A stretch of 64,000 nt of DNA, from contig JAUFOR010000004.1 in NCBI GenBank assembly GCA_040285745.1, positions 930,001-994,000 on the forward strand, given 5' to 3'. The notes under the pieces were generated by a model. The model worked only from the letters and a program-made list of their open reading frames with translations. It did no database searches and had not been told where the DNA came from. The position numbers and the translations under genes were made by a program. Positions 55,494 to 64,000 of the stretch are shown here, one piece after another; the stretch's first letter is position 1; every line of letters begins with the position of its first letter. The DNA is from Barthelona sp. PCE. Its lineage: Eukaryota.

Positions 55494-58400
55494 ATGTATT
55501 CAAAGCAGCTTAAATCATCATTAAGTACACTTAAAGTGAAATATCTTTTTGTTTTGATTCTTTTGGTTAGCTTGGTTTCATGTTTCCAATTGGAGGATTC
55601 GGTAGCTTCTGACTTCCCTAACTTCTATTTCCTTCCTGGAGTTGATCAGGGTGGATGGTTGCATCCCGAAATGTTTGATAGTTCACGCAGTGTTTCTGAG
55701 AAGGCATTTTGTGGTTCAACCAGTTTGAAAAATTACTTTACAGCTCCTGAGTATTCCGTTGATCAATCAATGACGTTAACAGAGCCTTACCCAGGATCAT
55801 CTAATGATTTGGCATTTCCTATGAAGTGCACTTGGCATTTTAATGGTACTGAAATAGTTTCCAATAGTGACACGATAGTTAGTGATTATCCAGGATATCA
55901 CTGTACTTCAGTTCCAGATGATGTTCGATCCACAGCATGTTCTAATTTCTATGGCACATTTCATGTTTATACTAGGTATCTAGCTACAAGCAACGCAGCA
56001 GCAAACTTCAGATACGCAACTATGGGAACTACAAGTGCGAAAGGCAATTGTTATCTTGTTAATCAATTCTCTTTCACACTTCCAAAAGCAACGTCAAAAT
56101 TATTTTATGCACCAATGAGTACAACAGAGGATGAAGAAGATATGGCTTTTGTTTTTGGTCGTGGTAATACGGTCACATGTCAAGCAGGTTCTAGTAATAC
56201 TCAAGACTATGATTTCCCTGTATGTCTGTGTCTTGATGGTTATTATAATCGGTATTGTGGTGCACAGAAGTCTAGTCTAACTCGTCCTCTCATTGCACCC
56301 TCATTCAAACATGAAGGATACAATGCTACAGTGAATCATTTTATTGATCCAGTTTCAACACCAGAAATTGAGTTGGTAGTTGGTGTTTCTGTTCATAATT
56401 ATATACCAACTGAAGCTTATTATCTTTTCCAAGTTAAAATGGATCTCTGGAATGAAACAGACTTTATTGAAGAGCTTGAGAATAGTGCATATCCAGGTGA
56501 AACAATAACAGTTGATGTTTCAAATCTTCCTGTTGATCAAGTTTATCATGTTAAAAGTTATTTTTTTAAGGATAATTATAATTTTGAAACTCAAAATATG
56601 AACTATTATTCATTTTATCTTAGTTCTAATATTTTAACCCTTAAAGAAAAGAAAGATTTTTTCATGGGTATCAAACCCAATGTTATACCTTCTAAATATT
56701 ATGCAGGCGATTATGGACCTCTCTCAATGGAAATTACTGATGCTATTGGTATTTCTATGTCAACTGAAGCAGAACTCACAATTGTATACTTCCCATTCTG
56801 TGACTTTGATAATGGTGTTGAGGTTGCTCCAGGAACCGCTTCCGTCAACTTCGCAGAAGGACATGATACTGACGACTTCTTTGCTTGTTTCTATCGTACT
56901 ATTGGTGGTGCTCGTGAGCATCGTATTCTTGCGGAGGTCAACATGATCTACGATCCAATGTTTTTGTTGCAGAAGCATGGTAGCTATAAGCAGCAGTATT
57001 TCTTTGAAGATTCTGATGTGTTCTGTCCCGCAAATACGTTTTGTGGTGCTCTTTCTGAATTTTTCTTCTTTTCTTCTTTCGGAGCTGGTGTTAATACTCG
57101 TCATAAATATATCAATGGAGGTGATACTGGTCGTACAGTTGCTACTTCGCTTGACAAGAATGAACCGGTTGACCTGATTTCTGCACCAGTTATTCGTACT
57201 CGAGTGTCAGATAAATCAATGAACGTACATCAAGTGCATATTGCAGAAGATGTTTATGCTGAGGGTGAGATGATTGCTGTTCATTTCATTAAGGACTATT
57301 CTGATGAAAGCATGTTTATCATGGGTGGTTGTGTTGCCTACGATACAGACCGCTGGTCACTTGCCGCATCAAAGTTACCCACATCCAACTTAACTTGGTA
57401 TGATTGCAGTATGTCACGAACGGATTCACCATCTGAAGATGATGTTGAAGGTAATCTATTCTTCAAGTATGCTGGTACAAGACCAGGAGAATTTTTCTTC
57501 GTCTACCCCTTTAGCAACACTAAACGTTTGTTTAAGTTTTATATGATGTACTGCTCCGATCAAGGCTTGATTGATTATCCATTAGTCGGAAGCAAGTTAA
57601 CTTTTGTTAAGCAATACAAGAGTGAAATCGCCTATAGTTTCAAAGTCTCTGTTCCTGCTGGAAATGCTCAACGTATTGTAGTTAGCCGTGATCACATGTT
57701 TGATGCTGTTGTTGGTCATGTTGATGCCTCAGAGCTCAGTTGTCAGGATACTGTTAAAAATTATAGATTTGAACCTGGTGTCAATTACACTGTTCTTATT
57801 TGCTTATACACAGCATCACTTGATACCACAACAGCTCACTTCGAAAACTACCCTGATGCTATTAGTGGTGGTACTGAAAAAGTGTTTGGCTCTTGGTCTC
57901 TTGAGGCTACACCTGAACTTTCTGCTGGTATGTATTATGCTGATGTTGTCACTTCCAATCTCGGTAATGTCACAAGTGCACATGTTATTGGAGCGCTTGG
58001 TTCACCAGATGCCAACAGCGATCCTAACTCTGGTTTATTGTTTGCTACTCGTGCTGATGGATCTACATTTGTTACACTTGATTGGTCCAAATTTTGGCGC
58101 ACTGCTGATGATTTAAGCCAGCCTATGACAGGTGTTGATGGTAGTCTTGGTATTAATGTGATGAACAATTTAGGTTCACCTGCTTTTGGTCAATTACAGT
58201 ATACATTTGCACAATTCAAGTTAGGATCTGGTCATGACGAAGGTTTTGATCTCAGTTCATCCAATCAATTCTGTAGAGATGAAGATGATGATGATAATAC
58301 AGCAGGAAGTACAGATTGCGTTTGTGATAGCGATCATTATGGAGATCACTGTGAGAACAAAATTATTGATACAGAATCAATGGACTGGAATTATGAGGTT

Positions 58401-61400
58401 AGTGCGACAACGCGTTATCTTCCCAACGTGTTTAAATTATCTCCCATTTCATTATCTCCAATGGCGAATGTTGAAGCACTTTACGGTGTATCAGTACCAC
58501 TTGTGGTTCGCATCGAATTCCCTACTACTGATGTCGATCGAGTCAATTTTGCTCATGTTTCAGTTTCAAAGGGTTTCCTTCCTCATTCCTATTACAGTGG
58601 TAGCTTTGTGCATGAAACTTTCCACGATTACATTATGATCAAGAATCTCACTTCTGCAGTTCAGACTATCTATCAACCAGTTACTATTCCTTTTGACGAT
58701 GACGTTTATGTCCTAATTCAAGCAGGTGTTGTTGGTGCAAAGGTAAGCATTGGTTTTGAATGTCCTGCAAACTGTCATGGAATCGGCCACTGTAACCCTA
58801 ATGGTACATGTACCGACTGTGAAGATGCAGATCGTTTTTGTAACCAAGATTTCTATCCCAGTGGTTGTCCTCCTGGTGAGTATACAAAGCTTGATGATGG
58901 TACATGTGAGCCTGTTTGTGATGATCTTCCGGATAACGCTGAATGTGTTGCTCCTGGAGTATTCCTTTGTAAGGCTGGCTATGATTTCAATGCTAATGAA
59001 ACTGGGTGTATAGAAGCATGTACTCTAGACTGCGTTTCCTTTACTACATGTCTTAGGCATAACATTTCATATCAGGAATGTGTACCTAATGAAGGATATG
59101 AGTGGGAAACCGAAGAAAAGTTAGCTGCTGAACCTATTTGTTCTTCATGTGGCAAGAACAGTTACTGTGTTGCACCAGAGACATGTAGATGTTCAAAGTC
59201 TTACGTTTATGATAGTAGAAGTGGTTTATGTGTTATGAATGTTGATTTAGATTATGATCTCATCACAGAGCCATATCTTCCTACTTTTGATGGTCATGAA
59301 CGTTTCTATATCCGTAATAGCCTCATCTGTGGCGTTGTTTCTGCAGAATTCCAAGGAGAATATGTCCCATACTACCAGGGTTCAATTCTTTATGCTCAGT
59401 TATCTTGCGGTTCGGACAGTGATGTATTCCCTCTTGGTCAATTCTCAAAGAATGGAGAACACAGTTTCTGTTTCAAACTGCAATCTTCAGGAAAATGCAT
59501 TTTGTCGTTAATTGATAAACAAAGTGTTAAAGGAGAATCAGTTTCTTTGTATACCGGTCCCAGTCGCCAAATTTTAGCCAATGGTATTATCTCTTTTGAA
59601 GATGAGATTATTAAAGCTTCTGGATCATTATATGATGAAGCTGCTGAAGAATTTATCGCACACCCATATGATGAGTTGGATTACATTATTGAAGATATGA
59701 CTGTCAAGTATGAATGCACATGTATTACAGGTGATCAAAACGATGAAGTTACATTCAACGCTATTACTGACGAGTTTACAGCAAATGTAGGTGATTGTCA
59801 GTTATGTGTGGTCTCACTCAAACACGATTCTCAAACATTGTTCAGTCAGAACTTTACAAAGGATCCCAACTACGTCTTTGATTTCAGTGATGACGTGTCA
59901 TTGAATTTTGAACATGGGTATCCCCGTTATATTGAGCTCAGTGATGTTTCTGAGAGTACTGAAGATGTACAACTTAAAGTGAGCGCCTCAGCACCTGGTT
60001 GTGATGTGAAGGTTAAGATTGTTGATTGCGATCGCACTACCAAAATTTGTTCCACACCTGCATTTTCTAATGATGAAGTAGAGCAGGCAATAACAACCAC
60101 TGAACTTGCAGACAACATGTACAAGGTTGTTTTTGATTTCATTTGTAACTCATTTACGGTTGGTTCTTCTGAATTTGCTGATGTTCGTATATCAACTTAT
60201 TTATCAAGTCAAACTGAGGCTGAAGCTTATAATAGAACGCATATGGCCACTGTTCGTTTCATATATCGTGAAGTTTCATATAAATCCGCACGTTCTTTAT
60301 ATATGGATGTTGGTTACTCTCTGTATGTAACTGATATTCAAGATCGCGTAGTTCCTGCAAGCATTTATAATAGTTCTCCACTTGCATCAGGTTGTACCGA
60401 AACAAAGTTAAGCGCTGATCCTAATGGTATTATTGAATACATTGAAAAAATGTACAGTACAGAATTGATTTTAGAACTCCCTTCATCGGTTAAAATTATT
60501 GATGGTCCAAATTCATACATTTCATCTGTGGACGGTTCTGCTACATTAAGTATTCCATATACTATTCAAAGTGATGATTACGATCCCACCATTTTTGATT
60601 TTAAGATGCCGCAGTTATGTGGTCAGATTCTCAATAATGGCTCATCATTTGCACAAGAACCCCTTGTTACTTCAGGCTTTACATGTAAGGCTGCAAGCGT
60701 CCTTGTGTATAATTCAGATTATTCAGTTGGTCTCACAGGTTCAGCAATTGCTGACATTGATTTTTCAACTTTAGGCAACGATGACTACATGTTATCCATT
60801 ATGTTTGAAGATGCAACAGGTGCTGAGCACAACAAAACTTGCCCCTTTAGGGTACGTCCTGCTGGTTTTTGTCCAGATGTTGTTGTTAGTGCTCCAGCTT
60901 TGGTAACATCGAAGTTTGAGATGTATGTTGAGATGACTTCTTCAAAGGATAAATTCAATATTCACAACGTAACCATTGATCAGACTGCTGGAGATGCTAT
61001 TGATTTCAACTTTAAGACTAAGGGTTTCAAGAGTTTCTCTAAGAAACATGTCCTTGCAATTGGCAACTATACTTTGGCCCCTACAATATTCTTTAAACAC
61101 CGTGAAACTGAGGAACTCTGCTCACAAGATATGAGTGCATTTGATTTCACAGTTTTATACGGTGATCTAAAGGTTTCACTACCAAAGATGAGCTATATTT
61201 ACTCAAAAACAAGTCCTAAACCATTCTATGTTTCCCCTAAATACTCGGACCCTTCTTTCAGCGGTCTGTCACATCTTAAATTCGCATATTCTTGTGTTGT
61301 CTACGATTCTTCAAATAATGTTGTTGATACAGAGTTATGTGACACTGTTCTTCCTGCCATGAGAAGTCAAACCTTGAGTATTTCAAACAGAAGATTCAAA

Positions 61401-64000
61401 AATATTGCTGACAACAGTCGTATTGTTGTTACAGTAACGGTAACTGATGATGATACTTCACGTGAGACCAGCACAGATTTTGTTATTAATGTATTTGAGA
61501 ACATGGAGGTGAAGTTTGATATTGAAATTCTCAATCGTGGAATCACTGATGTTAAAAAGATCCCTCCGATGTCGGAACATCTTTTCTTTATTGCTAGTCC
61601 TCGTAAATCAGAGTCTTTAACATGTAATTTTGATATTATTTCTATTGAAGGAGCAGCATCAAATCCAGATCTTTATGAAGGTTTTTCAAATGGTGATCGT
61701 AATGTAATCGAAGACTATAAGGATCTTACAATTCGTCTAGACTATTACGTGAAGCGTATTCCCCCCTTCTATTCATTAAGTAGCCATGCTAAGGTTGTTT
61801 TTATTGATAATAATCAAATAGGTTTCGTTAAAGAAGGACTATTACCCTGTTCAAGTTACAAGGTTAAGGTTACATGTGATTCTGCAGTTGATTACATTGA
61901 GTTTGATACTTATTGTAGTACAGCTCAAGGTCATTTATCTGTTGTTGAAGATGGTTCCAAGCTTACCATTGATTTGCAACCATCTAACCCAGAGCTTAGA
62001 CAAGATGCTTACAGTGGTCTTGCCACAAGTTTCACACCTCGTCCTAACTTTAGATTTACTTATGGATATGTTCATCCTGGTCTAGGAAATTCCATTACAC
62101 TCAAGGTTATGGATATTCTTGAGCCTTTTACTTTTAACAAATTACCATTCTTGGGTAACGTCACATTCTATGTTGAGACCGAGAGCAAGGAGTTTAAGAT
62201 CAAAGATATTCAACGTAAAGTTTTTGATTTAGGTAACTCAATCACAGTTACACCATTTGACGTTTCTAACGATAATGAAGTTTCTAATGCAGCAACTAAG
62301 ATGAAACAACTTTCTAGTTCCGTTACTGGTGCAGATAAAACTGCCCTTGTTAATGAAATGCAATCATTCGCAAAGACTCTTCAGTCAGATTGGAGCACAA
62401 AGACGATGGATTCAAGTTTCATTTGGCCTAACGTTTCAGAGTTAGATGTTAACGGTGTTGTTTCCAACAGTGATTCATCAAGCAATGGATTTTTGGATAT
62501 TTCACCTGAAGAGATAGACAGTATGGATACTGAAGCTGTTGCAGTTGTTATAGAGTTCACATCATTGGCGGCAGCTTATGAACAAATTGGTGTTCTATCA
62601 CCCACTGCGGTTGTTAGCAATCTGTTGGCATTAGGCGAGACATCAACGGGATTAATGGATACTTTGTTCAGTGTTTTAGCTGAGGCAATCAATGCAGAAT
62701 CGTTTATCGACTCTGATTCCGATGCTGATTATATAATTGCTGCCAATAGTGCATTGATATTAGTTGATAACGCTATTTCAACTCTTGTTGATCGCAATCA
62801 ACTTTCAGCCGAAATTTTAGATAAGGCTGTGATTTGTATTAATGCTGCAACTACAATTATTGGAGCACACTCTCTTTCAGGCAGTGAAGTTATATTCAAT
62901 CAGACACAGTTTATCAGTGAAGTTTATGTAGGAACTGTTGATGCATTAGTGTCAATGGAAATTGATAGATTAAGTGTTATCAAGAGTGACACTGGTTCAG
63001 ATGACCGTGCAATTTCTGTTTCTCTAGTAACAATTCCAATGAGCAACACCCCTTTCACAGCTAAGGATGGTTTTGTTGGTGTGACTGATGTGTTCACTCT
63101 TTCAGCAGAATATGATGGTAGTGCTCTCACTATCAGTGAAACTTCAGTTGAATTGTTGAATGTTACCTTAGACTTTTCTGGTACATTTGAAAAGACAATC
63201 ACCACTTCTGATATTACAGTAATGGTTTACAACAATGAGTGGATGTCATCTGAATGTATGGTTCACAATGTTGTTGGTAATAATGAACAGGTTATTGTTG
63301 AATGCTCTGAAACTGGTACTTTCGCTGCGTTCATTACCAAGTCAATGAGCTGCGGATCGACCTTCTTTGGCGAAGACTGCGACGAGTGTGTCCGTAACCA
63401 CTACGGTGAGCACTGCGAGCCATGTCCTCTCGAATCCCCCAACGGTATCTGTGACGCCGGAATCTCCGGAACTGGTGCTCTTGTGTGTGTCTCTGACGCA
63501 TACAGCGGTGAGCTTTGTGACACTTGTAACTCCGGTTACTACGAACAGGGCTCTGCCTGTATCACATGTCCTCCCTGCGAGCGCGGTACGTGTCTTGATG
63601 GTACCGGTAACGGAACCTGTCAGTGCGAGCAGTACTTCACCGGTACTCTGTGTAACATGTGCGAGTTCGGCCGTACTGGTACTGATTGTGATGAGTGTAT
63701 CCCCAAATACTACTCATCTGAATGTATCGCGGCTGGCGCTTGTATCCACGGCACTTTGTTCGATGGCTTCAACGGCAACGGCAGCTGTGTGTGTGACGAA
63801 GGTTACACCGGCGCTGATTGTTCAGAAACCGACTCTGGTTATTATGGTCCCAACGCCGTCCCATGTCGCTCTTGCGAAAACGGCGGTACATGCGACGATG
63901 GTACTTCCGGATCAGGTATGTGTCTCTGTCCCGCAGGCTACAACCCCGGTACAAACTGTTCCACATGTATGCCCGGATATGTCGGTGCTTCTTGTGAGCT
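55494..64000 (+). CDS. Giant secreted/surface protein (>=2835 aa, 3' end beyond window): EGF-like, REJ-like, GAIN/GPS-like, then laminin/EGF repeats
   Basis: ATG at 55494 gives MYSKQLK..YLFVLILLVSLVSC. The frame is open at all points checked to the window end. REJ-like YSDPSFSGLSHLKFAYSC at ~61240-61295. GPS-like WMSSEC..VECSETGTFAAFI at ~63240-63335, then EGF repeats. Confidence 0.85.
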   Translation, partial: MYSKQLKSSLSTLKVKYLFVLILLVSLVSCFQLEDSVASDFPNFYFLPGVDQGGWLHPEMFDSSRSVSEKAFCGSTSLKNYFTAPEYSVDQSMTLTEPYPGSSNDLAFPMKCTWHFNGTEIVSNSDTIVSDYPGYHCTSVPDDVRSTACSNFYGTFHVYTRYLATSNAAANFRYATMGTTSAKGNCYLVNQFSFTLPKATSKLFYAPMSTTEDEEDMAFVFGRGNTVTCQAGSSNTQDYDFPVCLCLDGYYNRYCGAQKSSLTRPLIAPSFKHEGYNATVNHFIDPVSTPEIELVVGVSVHNYIPTEAYYLFQVKMDLWNETDFIEELENSAYPGETITVDVSNLPVDQVYHVKSYFFKDNYNFETQNMNYYSFYLSSNILTLKEKKDFFMGIKPNVIPSKYYAGDYGPLSMEITDAIGISMSTEAELTIVYFPFCDFDNGVEVAPGTASVNFAEGHDTDDFFACFYRTIGGAREHRILAEVNMIYDPMFLLQKHGSYKQQYFFEDSDVFCPANTFCGALSEFFFFSSFGAGVNTRHKYINGGDTGRTVATSLDKNEPVDLISAPVIRTRVSDKSMNVHQVHIAEDVYAEGEMIAVHFIKDYSDESMFIMGGCVAYDTDRWSLAASKLPTSNLTWYDCSMSRTDSPSEDDVEGNLFFKYAGTRPGEFFFVYPFSNTKRLFKFYMMYCSDQGLIDYPLVGSKLTFVKQYKSEIAYSFKVSVPAGNAQRIVVSRDHMFDAVVGHVDASELSCQDTVKNYRFEPGVNYTVLICLYTASLDTTTAHFENYPDAISGGTEKVFGSWSLEATPELSAGMYYADVVTSNLGNVTSAHVIGALGSPDANSDPNSGLLFATRADGSTFVTLDWSKFWRTADDLSQPMTGVDGSLGINVMNNLGSPAFGQLQYTFAQFKLGSGHDEGFDLSSSNQFCRDEDDDDNTAGSTDCVCDSDHYGDHCENKIIDTESMDWNYEVSATTRYLPNVFKLSPISLSPMANVEALYGVSVPLVVRIEFPTTDVDRVNFAHVSVSKGFLPHSYYSGSFVHETFHDYIMIKNLTSAVQTIYQPVTIPFDDDVYVLIQAGVVGAKVSIGFECPANCHGIGHCNPNGTCTDCEDADRFCNQDFYPSGCPPGEYTKLDDGTCEPVCDDLPDNAECVAPGVFLCKAGYDFNANETGCIEACTLDCVSFTTCLRHNISYQECVPNEGYEWETEEKLAAEPICSSCGKNSYCVAPETCRCSKSYVYDSRSGLCVMNVDLDYDLITEPYLPTFDGHERFYIRNSLICGVVSAEFQGEYVPYYQGSILYAQLSCGSDSDVFPLGQFSKNGEHSFCFKLQSSGKCILSLIDKQSVKGESVSLYTGPSRQILANGIISFEDEIIKASGSLYDEAAEEFIAHPYDELDYIIEDMTVKYECTCITGDQNDEVTFNAITDEFTANVGDCQLCVVSLKHDSQTLFSQNFTKDPNYVFDFSDDVSLNFEHGYPRYIELSDVSESTEDVQLKVSASAPGCDVKVKIVDCDRTTKICSTPAFSNDEVEQAITTTELADNMYKVVFDFICNSFTVGSSEFADVRISTYLSSQTEAEAYNRTHMATVRFIYREVSYKSARSLYMDVGYSLYVTDIQDRVVPASIYNSSPLASGCTETKLSADPNGIIEYIEKMYSTELILELPSSVKIIDGPNSYISSVDGSATLSIPYTIQSDDYDPTIFDFKMPQLCGQILNNGSSFAQEPLVTSGFTCKAASVLVYNSDYSVGLTGSAIADIDFSTLGNDDYMLSIMFEDATGAEHNKTCPFRVRPAGFCPDVVVSAPALVTSKFEMYVEMTSSKDKFNIHNVTIDQTAGDAIDFNFKTKGFKSFSKKHVLAIGNYTLAPTIFFKHRETEELCSQDMSAFDFTVLYGDLKVSLPKMSYIYSKTSPKPFYVSPKYSDPSFSGLSHLKFAYSCVVYDSSNNVVDTELCDTVLPAMRSQTLSISNRRFKNIADNSRIVVTVTVTDDDTSRETSTDFVINVFENMEVKFDIEILNRGITDVKKIPPMSEHLFFIASPRKSESLTCNFDIISIEGAASNPDLYEGFSNGDRNVIEDYKDLTIRLDYYVKRIPPFYSLSSHAKVVFIDNNQIGFVKEGLLPCSSYKVKVTCDSAVDYIEFDTYCSTAQGHLSVVEDGSKLTIDLQPSNPELRQDAYSGLATSFTPRPNFRFTYGYVHPGLGNSITLKVMDILEPFTFNKLPFLGNVTFYVETESKEFKIKDIQRKVFDLGNSITVTPFDVSNDNEVSNAATKMKQLSSSVTGADKTALVNEMQSFAKTLQSDWSTKTMDSSFIWPNVSELDVNGVVSNSDSSSNGFLDISPEEIDSMDTEAVAVVIEFTSLAAAYEQIGVLSPTAVVSNLLALGETSTGLMDTLFSVLAEAINAESFIDSDSDADYIIAANSALILVDNAISTLVDRNQLSAEILDKAVICINAATTIIGAHSLSGSEVIFNQTQFISEVYVGTVDALVSMEIDRLSVIKSDTGSDDRAISVSLVTIPMSNTPFTAKDGFVGVTDVFTLSAEYDGSALTISETSVELLNVTLDFSGTFEKTITTSDITVMVYNNEWMSSECMVHNVVGNNEQVIVECSETGTFAAFITKSMSCGSTFFGEDCDECVRNHYGEHCEPCPLESPNGICDAGISGTGALVCVSDAYSGELCDTCNSGYYEQGSACITCPPCERGTCLDGTGNGTCQCEQYFTGTLCNMCEFGRTGTDCDECIPKYYSSECIAAGACIHGTLFDGFNGNGSCVCDEGYTGADCSETDSGYYGPNAVPCRSCENGGTCDDGTSGSGMCLCPAGYNPGTNCSTCMPGYVGASCE

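Noticed and set aside
56680-63966. Short ORFs in the right-hand 8 kb
   Set aside because: Off-frame or antisense to the single giant + ORF starting at 55494
1-64000. tRNA, rRNA, transposase/reverse transcriptase, telomeric repeats, stop-codon reassignment
   Set aside because: None recognised; long ORFs translate cleanly in the standard code

Overview
Very compact, nearly intron-free eukaryotic (protist) DNA. It reads in the standard code and holds about 21 protein genes. B9D1 and a dynein heavy chain point to a flagellate. An Ldh_2 dehydrogenase, a flavin oxidoreductase, very short spacers and Cys-rich surface proteins suggest an anaerobe, possibly a metamonad (inference only). Two giant surface-protein ORFs are missing from the ORF track because they run off the window: 13723->1 (minus, >=4574 codons) and 55494->64000 (plus, >=2835 codons). 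Both switch abruptly to GC-rich DNA in their C-terminal part without a frame break. Other highlights: a 4867-aa dynein-like protein with degenerate AAA1-3 P-loops and two inserted IQ motifs; a polycystin-1-like REJ/GAIN protein whose degenerate GPS is followed by EGF repeats; a repeat-bearing Kazal protein; a recurrent intergenic AAAANGCTCA motif; and dense, G-U-compatible stem-loops in most larger spacers (candidate ncRNAs, one H/ACA-like). All family assignments come from recognising motifs by eye, and all folds were paired by hand. No searches or folding programs were run.
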